DNA of 64,000 nucleotides, taken from Tubiluchus corallicola (Eukaryota > Animalia > Priapulida). The stretch spans positions 496,001-560,000 of the forward strand of contig JAQGDQ010002369.1 in assembly GCA_030141605.1 (NCBI GenBank), given 5' to 3'. Positions 1 to 11,044 of this stretch are shown here, one piece after another. The notes below the pieces were generated by a model. That model was not told the origin of the DNA. It saw only the letters and a program-made list of their open reading frames with translations, and did no database searches. Position 1 is the stretch's first letter. Every line of letters begins with the position of its first letter. Position numbers and translations under genes: made by a program.

Positions 1-1
1 T

Positions 2-1102
2 GCAAAAGTCAATCAGGCGATTGGGGTCTTCACGGAAACCGTTGATGAAAGCATTGAAGGATATGTCCCTGAAGGAATATCTCTCGAAGAAAAAAAGGAA
101 GAAGTCCCGGAAGAAGCCGAACCAACCGAAAAGAAGCTAGAGGCAACGGCGCCAGTAAAAGGGGCTGCTCTCGGCATGCCTGTCTTTATCCCTGAACCAC
201 CTCTTGATGAATATGAATTTGAAATGCCAAGAGAAGGAGTTGTTGATCGTATATTGGCTTCTCCCTTGGCCAGGAAGCTTGCTAAAGAAAAAGGAATTGA
301 CCTTGCTTCAATCAAGGGTTCCGGACCTGGTGGACGTATCATGAGCCGCGACCTTGATCTTGGTCTGCCAGCCGCTCCTGTGACTTTCGGAAGAAAAGAA
401 GCCCCGAGCAAAGTTCCTGGATCATATGAAGAGGTTCCTCTCTCTCCGATGAGAAAGATCGTTGGACAGAGACTACAGGAATCGAAGACATTCATTCCCC
501 ATTTCTACGTACATCAGGATGTGCATGCAGATTCTCTTTTCGATACCAGGGAACAGCTTAAGAGTTTCGGTTTGAAGGTCACCTACAATGATTTTGTCAT
601 ACGGGCCTGTGCTCTTGCCTTGAAAGAACATCCCAATGTGAATTCCGGATTCAATTCCGTCAACCAGACCATCATCCGCTTCAAGACCATTGATATCTGT
701 GTGGCTGTAACTGTAGAAGGAGGACTCATTACTCCGATTATCCGTCACACCGATTACAAAGACCTTGGCGAGATTTCAATACAGGCAAAAGAATTGGCCG
801 GGCGTGCTAAAAAAGGAAAGTTGCAGCCTCACGAATACAAAGGTGGATCCTTTACGGTATCTAATCTCGGAATGTTCGGAGTGACCGACTTTGTGGCAGT
901 GATCAACCCGCCTCAGTCTGCGATTTTAGCAGTCGGGGGAATTGATGACAAACCGGTCGTGAAAAACGGCCAGATTGTTCCTGGCAAAATCATGAAGATC
1001 ACCCTTTCCTGCGACCACCGCGTTGTTGATGGAGCACAAGCCGGACTCTTCATCAAGGCCGTTCAAAAGTATTTGGAAAATCCTTCTTTGCTGCTCATTT
1101 AG
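2..1102 (+). CDS. pdhC: Pyruvate dehydrogenase E2, dihydrolipoamide acetyltransferase (5' end outside window)
   Basis: Frame is open from base 2. It has the E3-binding domain (ASPLARKLAKEKGIDL..GSGPGGRI) and the catalytic DHRVVDGA motif. Confidence 0.95.
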   Translation, partial: AKVNQAIGVFTETVDESIEGYVPEGISLEEKKEEVPEEAEPTEKKLEATAPVKGAALGMPVFIPEPPLDEYEFEMPREGVVDRILASPLARKLAKEKGIDLASIKGSGPGGRIMSRDLDLGLPAAPVTFGRKEAPSKVPGSYEEVPLSPMRKIVGQRLQESKTFIPHFYVHQDVHADSLFDTREQLKSFGLKVTYNDFVIRACALALKEHPNVNSGFNSVNQTIIRFKTIDICVAVTVEGGLITPIIRHTDYKDLGEISIQAKELAGRAKKGKLQPHEYKGGSFTVSNLGMFGVTDFVAVINPPQSAILAVGGIDDKPVVKNGQIVPGKIMKITLSCDHRVVDGAQAGLFIKAVQKYLENPSLLLI

Positions 1103-1114
1103 AAAGCAATGATC

Positions 1115-1885
1115 TTAGTCCTTTGCATCATCGACCGATATACAGCACAATTTTTCTATCCATGAACAGATCATTGCAATAAAACTATCCAAGGACCAGT
1201 CGAAAGAGTCTTCTTCTAGTGGAACTCTCAGAATAGCGTCTGCCATCGATTTAGTCTGCTTATGGAATTCTTCTCTTTCAACCTGACGGTGATCTTCTTC
1301 AGCTTGGTGTATTACTGCGTCTTTGTTTCTGCCTGAAAAGACTTCACTATCGATAGAAATGCAAACGAATGTTTCTCTTCCTGCCCTTCCTGGAATTCTC
1401 AGTATGACTCTTTTGTTGTCGTTAGGCATATATCGAAAATAAAAGTCTGATTTTGGAACAGGAACTTCACGAGTATTATCTGTGTACGTTTCCTTGAAAT
1501 GTGATCTCATTTTCATGATTTCGATGATCACATCAGTTCTTCCACTCAACTCTGTTATGGCATTTAGTTTTTTATAAAGAGAGGTATGTGTCAAAGCCTC
1601 ATCAAATGTAACAATTTTGAGTTCGCCATCAGGAGTAATCTGAAAACAGTTGTCTCCATTCCCTTCTAGAAAAAGGTACGTACCCTCACGATCACATACT
1701 ACCATGATTTTTCCTCTCCGGTCTTGGATTACTACACCACTTTGTGAAGATGCACCCTGACTTTCAAGAAAGCGATCTCTGATACCAACAATTCTATCTA
1801 CGGTTTCCCAAGAAGACGCTTGTAATCCAAGGTATAGATCTTGATCTAGTTGCTCCTTTACTATATCGGGTTTTGTTACCGTCAT
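1115..1885 (-). CDS. Hypothetical protein, 256 aa, orphan/effector-like
   Basis: Long ORF with an AT-rich upstream region and a C-terminal amphipathic helix containing CC. No recognisable domain. Confidence 0.7.
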   Translation of the reverse strand: MTVTKPDIVKEQLDQDLYLGLQASSWETVDRIVGIRDRFLESQGASSQSGVVIQDRRGKIMVVCDREGTYLFLEGNGDNCFQITPDGELKIVTFDEALTHTSLYKKLNAITELSGRTDVIIEIMKMRSHFKETYTDNTREVPVPKSDFYFRYMPNDNKRVILRIPGRAGRETFVCISIDSEVFSGRNKDAVIHQAEEDHRQVEREEFHKQTKSMADAILRVPLEEDSFDWSLDSFIAMICSWIEKLCCISVDDAKD

Positions 1886-1994
1886 TTATTTTGCTCATAT
1901 AATTCATTTCCCTTAATTATAAACGATTTATGTTAACAATAGATTAAAGATCCTTTAATTCGAGGTTAAAATTGAAGTGCTTAGAAAGAGAGGA

Positions 1995-2915
1995 TTAAAG
2001 CCAGCGTTTCTTAAGGAATACAACTACAGAGACTAAGGAGACGAGCACGGTTGCGCTGAGTATGACAAAGAAGGCATAGGGGTTCTTTTCGATGGGCAGA
2101 CCGACGTTCATTCCATACATCGAGGCGATGATCGTAGGGATCGTGAATATGATCGTGATCGCGGTCAGCCGTTTGATGGTCTTATTCACATCATTGGTGA
2201 AAATGATCTGATAGGAATCCCTTAAAGACCTGATGCTCTTAATGTTGACCCGGCACAGATCTTCTGACTGCTTGATTCCAATGGACAGATCCTGAAGAAG
2301 GTCATAGTCCTTTTCGTAGAGGTGGACGTATCTTCCTGAGGAGATCGCCTCCAGAACGCTTCTCATAGGGACGAGGGAGGTGAGGTACTGATTGAGGATC
2401 TCTTCATTTTTCGTCAGGGCAATGATCGCTTCGGCATCGACATTCTGAATCTCTTTTTCCTGCTCAAGGACCTTATGGCGCACTCTTTTGATGCTCGTAT
2501 TGAAGTCCTGAGTGATGCGGAGGAGAACGTGAAAAAGGAGTTTGGATTTTTGAGTAGTGCCGAGTTCGAGATTGTGTTTGAGTATTTTCTCAATTACTTC
2601 GCTGCTTTTTGGAGAGATTGTAATGACATAGGTCTTGGTCAGAATGATGGTCAGGGTCGATGTATAGAGGCCCATTTCTTCTTCAGAAGGGTGTCTGGTA
2701 AAGACGAGGATATTTCCTTCTTGATGTTCGATGCGGGGAATTTCATATTTATCGAGAGCATCCTTCAGATCTGCAAACTCGAGTCCGGTCAACTCTGCGA
2801 TTTGTTGGAGATCGTCAACAGTTGCATCAGTAACGCTGACCCAGCTTCCTACACGAAATTCCTCGATTTTCTGAAATTGGGCGCTGCGGATCGTCTTGAA
2901 GAAAATTTCGATCAT
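1995..2915 (-). CDS. corA: CorA-family Mg2+/Co2+ transporter
   Basis: YGMN signature between two C-terminal TM helices. Confidence 0.92.
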   Translation of the reverse strand: MIEIFFKTIRSAQFQKIEEFRVGSWVSVTDATVDDLQQIAELTGLEFADLKDALDKYEIPRIEHQEGNILVFTRHPSEEEMGLYTSTLTIILTKTYVITISPKSSEVIEKILKHNLELGTTQKSKLLFHVLLRITQDFNTSIKRVRHKVLEQEKEIQNVDAEAIIALTKNEEILNQYLTSLVPMRSVLEAISSGRYVHLYEKDYDLLQDLSIGIKQSEDLCRVNIKSIRSLRDSYQIIFTNDVNKTIKRLTAITIIFTIPTIIASMYGMNVGLPIEKNPYAFFVILSATVLVSLVSVVVFLKKRWL

Positions 2916-2953
2916 CGTTCCTCCCTATTTCTTTCATATAGGTGGGGACTTTT

Positions 2954-4003
2954 TTAGTCGAGGCTGTCTTCCAGTTCTTGGATGCGCTTTTGTAGATCTT
3001 TGACGGTGTTGTGAAGAGATTCGATCTTGCGGATGTAGACTTCTCTTTTGTTGTAGGCAACGACTGGGATGGCCGGAGAGCCGCGATAGGGACCCGGTTT
3101 GAGAAGAGATTTACTGACACCGCTTCTGGTGGCTAGAAGAACCTGATCGACCAATTGGACATGACCTAAGACGCCGACCTGGCCGCCCATCATGACATGC
3201 TTGCCGGTCTTCGCAGATCCCGCGATTCCGGTTTGAGCAGCGATCAGATTGCCTTCTCCGATTTCAACGTTATGAGCGATTTGAACGAGGTTGTCGATCT
3301 TTGTTCCTCGTCGGATAAGAGTAGTTTTGAATCGAGCGCGATCTATGGTCGTGTTTGCGCCGATTTCAACGTCGTCTTCAATGACGACATTCCCGATTTG
3401 TTGCAGTTTTTGCTGTTTCCCAAACTCGTCGGGGGAAAAACCGAAGCCGCATGATCCAATGATCGCTCCTGGCTGCAAGGTCACACGGTTTTGTAAAATA
3501 CATCTTTCTCTCACTACGGAAGTGGGATGAAGGACGCAGTCTTCGCCCAATTCTGCTTGAGCGCCCACAAAACAGGAGGCTCCAACGATGGAACGATTTC
3601 CGATTTTCACATGGTGCTCGATCACAGCAAAAGGGCCGATGGTAACATCTTTGCCGATCTGGGCCGACTCATGAATGATCGCAGTAGGATGAATTCCCTT
3701 AAATCCTGTTTTTTCTCCGAAAGCCAGGAGAAGTTCAGCGACTTTTTGGAATGTTCGGTCTGGATTAGGTGAGATTAGATAGTTCTTTCCTTCAACTCTG
3801 GGCGTATTTTCATCAATGCAAATCACGCCAGCCTGGCTTGACTTCATTGCTTCTTTGTAACGGGAGTTGGCCAGAAAGGAAGCCTCGGAGGGGAGTGCTT
3901 CATCGAGGGTATTGACTCCAGAAATCTGAATTTCTTTATTCCCTTCGAGCATGCTTTCAGTGAGTTCAGCAAGCTCGAAGAGAGTGTATGACTTCAAAGA
4001 CAT
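2954..4003 (-). CDS. lpxD: UDP-3-O-(3-hydroxyacyl)glucosamine N-acyltransferase
   Basis: Hexapeptide repeats, GANTTIDR and KIDNLVQIAHNV motifs. Lies downstream of bamA-ompH. Confidence 0.96.
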   Translation of the reverse strand: MSLKSYTLFELAELTESMLEGNKEIQISGVNTLDEALPSEASFLANSRYKEAMKSSQAGVICIDENTPRVEGKNYLISPNPDRTFQKVAELLLAFGEKTGFKGIHPTAIIHESAQIGKDVTIGPFAVIEHHVKIGNRSIVGASCFVGAQAELGEDCVLHPTSVVRERCILQNRVTLQPGAIIGSCGFGFSPDEFGKQQKLQQIGNVVIEDDVEIGANTTIDRARFKTTLIRRGTKIDNLVQIAHNVEIGEGNLIAAQTGIAGSAKTGKHVMMGGQVGVLGHVQLVDQVLLATRSGVSKSLLKPGPYRGSPAIPVVAYNKREVYIRKIESLHNTVKDLQKRIQELEDSLD

Positions 4004-4575
4004 TAAGGAGTGTTTCCTTTTAATGCTGCTTCATCAGAATTGTCAGAGATTTTCTGCTTAGCTGATTCTAAGTCAAAATCTTTGTCCATGATGTCGATGA
4101 TTGTGTCAGTGATGTCCATATCAGGATTGTAGTAGAAACATGCTTCTTTGTTGATCACATAGTTATATTCATGTTTCTGAGCGACTTTTTCCGCAGCACT
4201 GGAAATGTAGTTGCTCATTTTCTGAATCAATTGATAGTTCGCCTGATTGAGCACTTGGTAGTACTGATTCTGATAGCGTGCCAAGTCTTCATTAAGGGCC
4301 TGGTATTTGATTTTAAGCTCTTCTTCAGCTTTTGGAGAGAGGCTGTCGAGATAATCAGCATCTTCGAATTTTTCAGCGATCTCCTTCAATTGCTTTTCAG
4401 AATCTTCGATCATAGACGTGAACTGCTTTCGAAGGTTTTCTAGGTTCTCTTGTTCCTTTTTTCCAATTTTGGATTCAGTAACACATGTGGCGAAATTAAC
4501 AACGGCATCACGTGCGTATGCAGATCCTGCAAAGATGAATGTAGCAAGAACTGCCGCGATGATTGATCTTTTCAT
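4003..4575 (-). CDS. ompH: OmpH/Skp periplasmic chaperone
   Basis: Signal peptide, coiled-coil body and C-terminal DIT motif. Sits between bamA and lpxD. Confidence 0.9.
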   Translation of the reverse strand: MKRSIIAAVLATFIFAGSAYARDAVVNFATCVTESKIGKKEQENLENLRKQFTSMIEDSEKQLKEIAEKFEDADYLDSLSPKAEEELKIKYQALNEDLARYQNQYYQVLNQANYQLIQKMSNYISSAAEKVAQKHEYNYVINKEACFYYNPDMDITDTIIDIMDKDFDLESAKQKISDNSDEAALKGNTP

Positions 4576-4631
4576 CGGTAGTCTCCTTTATGTTTTAAAT
4601 TCAATTGTAGCCTTTATACCTAAACGCATCC

Positions 4632-6986
4632 TTAGAACTGTCCTCCCATAGAGAAGAAGAACTTTTTCTTGTCGTCGCTTCTCTCTGGGTTGATCGGTAT
4701 ACCATATCCGACAATGATCGGAGTGCGATTCATCAATTCTAGTCTGGCCCCTACACCATAACTCATTCGTAATTTTGGTATCTTAAATTCTTTGTCCGAT
4801 ACGGATCCTGCATCAAAGAAAGCAAAGACATCAAGGAGCTTGAATATTTCCTGACAGTATTCTACGGAAAGCAGTCCTGAAGAAACACCACCGGTTGGAT
4901 CACCAGTTGATGTCTGGGGACCGATACTATATGGCTTGTATCCTCGAACTGTCGTTTCTCCACCCAAGAAGAAACGCTCACTCAAAGGAACTTCTTCCTG
5001 TCTGCTTTTTGTCCTGCCGATGCGACCCAGAGGATTGATGAAATGGAAATCAGCACGTCCTTTCAATGTTCCCTTGGACCAAACTGGAATATAAAGAGCA
5101 TTCACATAACCAAATTTCAAGAAGAGGAAGTCTCCTCCAATACCGACAAATTCAGCCTCGAGATAGGATCTCAATCCTCGATGAGGTTTATAACTGCTGT
5201 CTGTTGAATCATAGCCAAGTGAAGCATTGATCCCTGAGATGATACCTCTCTGATCAAATTCCCGAACTGCTTCTTCTCCTGCTTTGGACTGTACCTTATT
5301 GTCCGTATTTCTTAACCGGTATCTTGTGCCGAACGTCCAGTAATTGGAAATAGGATACGAGGCAAAGAGAGAGAAGCCAAGTGTTTCGATATCGTAGTCT
5401 TCTGACTGAAGACGGGATGTCGTACGGCTGACCTCGAACCCAAATCTCCAAAGGGTATCCTGGAAATAAGGATCCATCCAAGAGACGAGGTAATTGGTCT
5501 GTTTCTTACCGAGGCTAGTTCTAATGTGGAGATATTCACCTCCACCTCGAAGTTCGGAAATATTTCCCCTGAGGGCTTTTCTCATTCCTTTGATATTGAA
5601 GTTTCTCTCGGTGAGCTCTAACCCTCCGAAAATATCATCTACTGTACTGAAACCTAAGAAAAGACTGACATTCCCAGTCGTTGTTTCCTCAACTTCGATG
5701 TAAACATCTCGATAGTTGGGGCCCAAACCAAGATCATCGGTAGAACGAACAGCATATACGTTGACGCTCTTAAAGTAGCCGATGTTTTCCAAACGGGTTT
5801 GAGTAGCTTTTAGCTTTCTGGAGTCGAAAAGTTCTCCAGGAACAAGAAGAGATTCGCGAAGGATCACATGATTTTTTGTACTAGAATTTCCAAAAATGCG
5901 GATGAGGCCGATTTTATATTGCTCTCCCTCATCAATATAGAAATTCACATTGTATACAGGCTCATTCTCCATTAAATGTGTTTCATAATGGATATTGGCC
6001 TCGATGTATCCTTTCTGCCCATATAGGTCTTTAATTCTTTGCGATGTTTCCCGGATCTGTTCAGGAGAAAAGGTTTCTCCGGAATGAATCAGGATCCGTT
6101 TTTCGATATCTTCATTCGATAAAAGTGCGTTTCCTTCAAAAGTCACATTACCAAATGTATACTGAGTTCCCCGGTGCGCTGTAATTTCAATAATGATTTT
6201 TCCGCTTCCTTCGTCATCCTTCAGCTGGATATCCACATGGGCATCTGCATAGCCCCTATTATGCAGATAATTCAAGATCTGCATCTTATCCTGTTCTAAA
6301 GCGTCTTCGCGGAATGTTCCGGTTCCAGTGAGCCAGCTTGTCAGGAAGTTGTATTTTTTGGTGTACATCATCTCAAAAAGAGCGCTGCGCTCGGAACGGG
6401 TAAAGCCCTTGAAGACGATCTTTTTGATTTTTCCCGATCTTCCTTCGTGTACGCGAACCTGAATATCGATCTGGTTCGTATTGGGAATTGAGTGGACCGA
6501 ATAACTCAGCTGTGATTCAAAGTAACCCTTCTTGATGTAGAACTCTTTCACCTTGTTGAATTTCTTATTGAATTCCTGACGGTTGAAAATCGTGAATGGT
6601 TTTACATCTAGTTCTTTTTGTAATTTCTTGGATTTGATCCTTTCATTACCTTCCCAATTGATACTATGGATCATGGGGCGGGGCCACAAACGAAGAGTAA
6701 TATGGACTTCATTGTTCTTCAAATAGATCACCGGCTCGACCCTGTCATATTCATCGGATAGAGATTTGAGGTCCCGGTCAAAGGTCAACTGGGAAAATGG
6801 ATCTCCTACGCGCGTCTTCAATCGAGATAATACTGATTTCGGCTCGAATGGATTTTCTGGATCCTGTTTTTCAAAGACCACATCGATTTGTCTCACTATT
6901 TTATTTTCGTAAGTCTCAAACGAAAAAATTGGGTGGGTTATGGAGATAAATAAAATAAGAAGAAGGGATTTTTTTATGAAGTTCAT
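4632..6986 (-). CDS. bamA: Outer membrane protein assembly factor BamA (Omp85)
   Basis: POTRA repeats, GG...VRGY motif and C-terminal F. Start placed at MNFIKK (signal peptide), not at the ORF-track start of 7076. Confidence 0.95.
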   Translation of the reverse strand: MNFIKKSLLLILFISITHPIFSFETYENKIVRQIDVVFEKQDPENPFEPKSVLSRLKTRVGDPFSQLTFDRDLKSLSDEYDRVEPVIYLKNNEVHITLRLWPRPMIHSINWEGNERIKSKKLQKELDVKPFTIFNRQEFNKKFNKVKEFYIKKGYFESQLSYSVHSIPNTNQIDIQVRVHEGRSGKIKKIVFKGFTRSERSALFEMMYTKKYNFLTSWLTGTGTFREDALEQDKMQILNYLHNRGYADAHVDIQLKDDEGSGKIIIEITAHRGTQYTFGNVTFEGNALLSNEDIEKRILIHSGETFSPEQIRETSQRIKDLYGQKGYIEANIHYETHLMENEPVYNVNFYIDEGEQYKIGLIRIFGNSSTKNHVILRESLLVPGELFDSRKLKATQTRLENIGYFKSVNVYAVRSTDDLGLGPNYRDVYIEVEETTTGNVSLFLGFSTVDDIFGGLELTERNFNIKGMRKALRGNISELRGGGEYLHIRTSLGKKQTNYLVSWMDPYFQDTLWRFGFEVSRTTSRLQSEDYDIETLGFSLFASYPISNYWTFGTRYRLRNTDNKVQSKAGEEAVREFDQRGIISGINASLGYDSTDSSYKPHRGLRSYLEAEFVGIGGDFLFLKFGYVNALYIPVWSKGTLKGRADFHFINPLGRIGRTKSRQEEVPLSERFFLGGETTVRGYKPYSIGPQTSTGDPTGGVSSGLLSVEYCQEIFKLLDVFAFFDAGSVSDKEFKIPKLRMSYGVGARLELMNRTPIIVGYGIPINPERSDDKKKFFFSMGGQF

Positions 6987-7161
6987 ATTCCTAGTTGGTA
7001 GAAGTGTATTAACCTCAAGGATGAAGAAGTCATTACGTAGCGTGTAAACATACGCTCGGAACTCTTTCATTTCCAATTTATTAAACTCAGAGTCGGACTC
7101 TAAGCGTATGGATTATAAGGAAAGGGCTGGAATTATTGCAACCGGGCATAAGACTTTCTTT

Positions 7162-7761
7162 TTAAAAAGCCTGTCGGCCGCCGAATGCTCTCGTCAAAGT
7201 TCCTTTATCGACGTATTCCAAACTGCTTCCGACGGGAAGTCCGAATGCAATACGGTAGACACGAATATTTTGTTCGCTGAATTTTTCTTTTAGAAAAAGA
7301 GAGGTGGCATCTCCTTCCAGGGTTGAGTCCAGGGCTAATATGGCTTCCTGAATCGAATATCGCTCGATGCGTTCCATCAATTTATCGAGGTGGAGGTCCT
7401 CTTCCCATTTTCCTTCCATGGGGGATAACAAAGTGTCCAGTACGTGATAGATGCCTTTGAATTCTTTTGTTTCTTCTAGCGCAAAAACATCCCGAGGAGA
7501 TGAAACGATGCAGATCATGTTATTTTTTCTGAGATCATTTTCACAAAAATAACAGTGCTCTTCCTGAAGGCACCCACATTCTTCGCAAACGTTCATTTTT
7601 TCCTGGAATTGGGAGAGCAAAGCTCCGAATTCTTTAAGGGAAGCAATGGGCCAATTCAGGAGTTGGAAAGCAAACCGCTCTGCGGTCCTTTCTCCGACTC
7701 CGGGCAGTTTTTTCAAAAAATGAATGAGGGCTTGAAAGTCTCTGGGGTAGGTATAGGCCAC
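7162..7761 (-). CDS. recR: Recombination protein RecR
   Basis: LPGVGERTAER HhH motif, C4 zinc finger and Toprim domain. GTG start at 7761 follows an AAAGGA RBS. Confidence 0.93.
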   Translation of the reverse strand: MAYTYPRDFQALIHFLKKLPGVGERTAERFAFQLLNWPIASLKEFGALLSQFQEKMNVCEECGCLQEEHCYFCENDLRKNNMICIVSSPRDVFALEETKEFKGIYHVLDTLLSPMEGKWEEDLHLDKLMERIERYSIQEAILALDSTLEGDATSLFLKEKFSEQNIRVYRIAFGLPVGSSLEYVDKGTLTRAFGGRQAF

Positions 7762-7956
7762 TGTAATTTTTCCTTTAATAGGAAAGCTTAGCAAAAAGGG
7801 GAATTCTCGACAAAAACAGGGTTGAAAAAGGTGTATAAAGAGAGCGTGCAAAATAAAATTTTGATTAAGCCTTCTTCTAAAATCTCCTTCCATTTTAGAC
7901 CCTTTTCCGCTATCCTTTGCGTACTGATTTTTTCCATGAATTATTAGGTTAATACA

Positions 7957-8964
7957 GTGCAAAAAAGCTTAAAGGCTAGAATCTTAGGTACCGGGTCCTA
8001 TGTTCCTGAACGTGTGTTAAGCAACCAGGATTTAGAAAAAATGGTTGATACATCCGATGAGTGGATTGTGAGCCGCACAGGAATGAAGGAACGGAGGCTT
8101 GCTGATGAAAATGAATTCACTTCCGACATGGGTCTAAAAGCCGCGCAGCGAGCTTTGGAAAATGCCAAAATCGATCCTTCCGATTTGGACTTGATCTTAG
8201 TTGCAACCCTGACGCCAGACTACATTTTTCCCAGCACTGCCTGTTTGATCCAAAGCGCTTTGGGTGCAAAAAAGGCTGCCGGAATGGATATTCAGGCTGC
8301 TTGCACAGGCTACCTCTATGGTCTGTCTGTGGCCAGAGCCCTGATTGATGCAGGAACCTATCGGAATATTTTAGTGATTGCCGCTGAAAAACTCTCTTCA
8401 ATCGTCGATTATGAAGACCGTTCTACTTGTGTTCTGTTTGGTGATGGAGCCGCCGCATGTGTTGTTGGCAAAAGTGAAAAAGGGTTGTCTATCGAAAGCA
8501 TTTGTCTGGGAGCTGATGGAGAACAGGCTCAACTTTTGATCATGCCTGCTGGCGGATGCCGAAAGCCTGCTTCCAAAGAAACGATCGACAGTCGCATGCA
8601 CTATATCCAAATGGCTGGAAATGAAGTATTCAAACACGCTGTTCGGCGTATGGAAGCCTCTTGCAAAGAATGCCTGGAATCTTCTGGAAAAAAAGAACAG
8701 GACATCAGTTGGTTGATTCCCCATCAGGCCAATGCACGCATCATTGATGCCATCGCACGCCGTTTCGAACATCTCACAAACGATCATGTTTATAAGACTG
8801 TGCACAAATATGGGAATACATCTGCATCGAGCTTGGGAATCGCGCTTGATGAGCTGATGAGAAAAGGAACCGTTCAAAATGAAGAGAATATTCTACTCAC
8901 TGCATTCGGATCAGGTTTTACCTGGGGAGCTGCTCTTTTAACGCAGCAAGGAGACGAATCATGA
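7957..8964 (+). CDS. fabH: 3-oxoacyl-ACP synthase III
   Basis: AACTG, PHQAN and GNTSA catalytic motifs. Confidence 0.96.
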   Translation: MQKSLKARILGTGSYVPERVLSNQDLEKMVDTSDEWIVSRTGMKERRLADENEFTSDMGLKAAQRALENAKIDPSDLDLILVATLTPDYIFPSTACLIQSALGAKKAAGMDIQAACTGYLYGLSVARALIDAGTYRNILVIAAEKLSSIVDYEDRSTCVLFGDGAAACVVGKSEKGLSIESICLGADGEQAQLLIMPAGGCRKPASKETIDSRMHYIQMAGNEVFKHAVRRMEASCKECLESSGKKEQDISWLIPHQANARIIDAIARRFEHLTNDHVYKTVHKYGNTSASSLGIALDELMRKGTVQNEENILLTAFGSGFTWGAALLTQQGDES

Positions 8965-9899
8965 ATCGGATCGCCTTTTTATTCCCAGGACAGGGAGCAC
9001 AGTACCCAGGCATGGGAAAAGACTTTTACGATACTTATCCGGAAGCAAAAGAAATCTTTTTGCAGGCCGACGAAATTTTAGGTTTTTCTCTTTCAAAGAT
9101 CATTTTTGAAGGGGATGAGACGACATTGACCGAAACAAAAAATTCACAGCTAGCGATCTTCGTTGTCAGTGCTGCTGTTCTGAAGGTTCTGCAAAGCAAG
9201 ATCCCCGATTTTCAACCCCATATTTGTGCTGGCCTGAGTTTAGGCGAATACACTGCTCTTTATGCTTCGGGTAGAATTTCGTTCAAGGATGCTCTAACTC
9301 TCATACAAAAAAGAGCAGAGTATATGAATGAAGCGTGCAATATTACCTCAGGTAGCATGGCAGCTGTTCTGGGGCTGGACCCCGCTATTGTGAAGGAAGT
9401 AGTAGCAAAGATCGATCAGCTTTGGGTTGCTAATTACAACTGTCCTGGTCAGATCGTCATTTCCGGTCTTCCCGAATCGATCGAGAGCGCAGCTCCCATT
9501 TTAAAAGAAAGGGGAGCAAAAAGAGTTCTGCCACTTCAAGTTCATGGAGCTTTCCATAGTGGTTTCATGGCCACTGCTCAGGAAAAATTGATGCCCTGGA
9601 TTGAGAACACATCCTTTGCAGATAGTGAAATTGATGTTGTCATGAATGTCTCCGGAGACTTTGTCCATCAGATTGCCGAGATCAAAGAGAACCTGACGCA
9701 GCAGGTAACGCATAGCGTTCGATGGGAACAGTCGATACGGAAAATGGAAGAAAAACAGGTCGATCTCTATGTTGAAATGGGTCCCGGTAAATCGTTGAAC
9801 GGAATGAACCGAAAGATTCGAATTCAGGGAAAGACTCTTTCCATAGAAAAGGTCTCTGATCTAGAGCCTCTTTTAGAACATACAAAATTAGGTGTGTAA
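8961..9899 (+). CDS. fabD: Malonyl-CoA:ACP transacylase
   Basis: FPGQGAQ, GLSLGEY and GAFHS motifs. Confidence 0.96.
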   Translation: MNRIAFLFPGQGAQYPGMGKDFYDTYPEAKEIFLQADEILGFSLSKIIFEGDETTLTETKNSQLAIFVVSAAVLKVLQSKIPDFQPHICAGLSLGEYTALYASGRISFKDALTLIQKRAEYMNEACNITSGSMAAVLGLDPAIVKEVVAKIDQLWVANYNCPGQIVISGLPESIESAAPILKERGAKRVLPLQVHGAFHSGFMATAQEKLMPWIENTSFADSEIDVVMNVSGDFVHQIAEIKENLTQQVTHSVRWEQSIRKMEEKQVDLYVEMGPGKSLNGMNRKIRIQGKTLSIEKVSDLEPLLEHTKLGV

Positions 9900-10654
9900 T
9901 GCAGTTGTTGAAAGGTAAAAAAGCTATTGTAACTGGTGGGACATCGGGAATCGGCCGTGAGATCGCGCTTCTGTTTGCAAGAAATGGAGCCAGCGTAGCG
10001 ATTTTTGGAACCAATCCTGAAAGAGCCAGCCAGGCATTAGCTGAATTACAAGGTGCAAAAGTTTTTGACGATCAGCAGTTTTCTTCTCATCTCATTGATG
10101 TTTCCCAATTCAAATCTGTGGAAGAAGAGATGAAAAAACTGCTCGAAGATTGGAAGAATATCGACATTCTAGTGAATAACGCCGGGATTACAAAAGACAA
10201 TCTGCTTCTTCGCATGTCTGAAGAAGATTGGGATTGTGTAATGGGAATCAACCTTAAGTCTGTATTCAATACTTGTAAAATTCTTACACGTCCCATGATG
10301 AAAGCAAAGTCGGGAAAGATCGTCAATATCGCATCTGTAATAGGCTTGACAGGAAATGCTGGACAAGTTAATTATGCTGCTTCCAAATCTGGGATGATTG
10401 GATTTACTAAATCCTTGGCAAAAGAGCTTGCAAGCCGTGGCATTTGTGTGAATTGTGTAGCACCAGGATACATTCAGACCCCGATGACGGAAAAGTTGAC
10501 TGATCAGATCAAAGAAGGCATCCTCGAAAATATTCCTTTAAAAAGGATTGGGATATCTTCTGATATCGCACAGGCTGTGCTTTTCCTTGCTAGCGGCATG
10601 TCGGATTATATTACAGGTCAAGTCATTACTGTCGATGGTGGGATGGTAATGTGA
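9899..10654 (+). CDS. fabG: 3-oxoacyl-ACP reductase
   Basis: SDR motifs TGGTSGIG, NNAGITKD and YAASK, within the fab operon. Confidence 0.95.
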   Translation: MQLLKGKKAIVTGGTSGIGREIALLFARNGASVAIFGTNPERASQALAELQGAKVFDDQQFSSHLIDVSQFKSVEEEMKKLLEDWKNIDILVNNAGITKDNLLLRMSEEDWDCVMGINLKSVFNTCKILTRPMMKAKSGKIVNIASVIGLTGNAGQVNYAASKSGMIGFTKSLAKELASRGICVNCVAPGYIQTPMTEKLTDQIKEGILENIPLKRIGISSDIAQAVLFLASGMSDYITGQVITVDGGMVM

Positions 10655-10698
10655 TTTATTTTTTTGGAAAACCTCGAGCAAATAGAGGATAGGTACCT

Positions 10699-10941
10699 AT
10701 GTCTATTGAACAAGAAGTAATAGATATCATTGTTGAGCAGCTCGGTGTTGATGCTGGAGATGTTTCTGAAGACAAGTCTTTTGTGGAAGATCTCAATGCT
10801 GATTCACTAGATCTTACAGAACTGATCATGACTTTTGAAGAGCGGTTCGGTTTTGAGATTTCTGAAGAAGATGCAGAGAAGCTCAAGACTGTTGGCGATG
10901 TCATCCAGTACATCGACAAAAGAAAAGCTGCTAAAGCTTAA
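10699..10941 (+). CDS. acpP: Acyl carrier protein
   Basis: Acidic 80-aa protein with a DLNADSLD phosphopantetheine site. GAGG RBS upstream. Confidence 0.96.
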   Translation: MSIEQEVIDIIVEQLGVDAGDVSEDKSFVEDLNADSLDLTELIMTFEERFGFEISEEDAEKLKTVGDVIQYIDKRKAAKA

Positions 10942-10944
10942 AGG

Positions 10945-10990
10945 AAAGCCGATTGAGGTGTTCTCAATCGGTTTTTCTTTTTTTCTTTTT
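10945..10990 (+). terminator. Rho-independent terminator of the fab-acpP operon
   Basis: Stem CCGATTGAG/CTCAATCGG followed by a long T tract. Confidence 0.85.
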
Positions 10991-11044
10991 TTCTTTTCAT
11001 TTCCCATTTATTTTTTTGTGACATGCACAATCTATCTGCATGCA

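Noticed and set aside
7762-7962. N-terminal extension of RecR (and likewise of BamA at 6987-7076)
   Set aside because: These are ORF-caller extensions through promoter regions. Better starts lie downstream.
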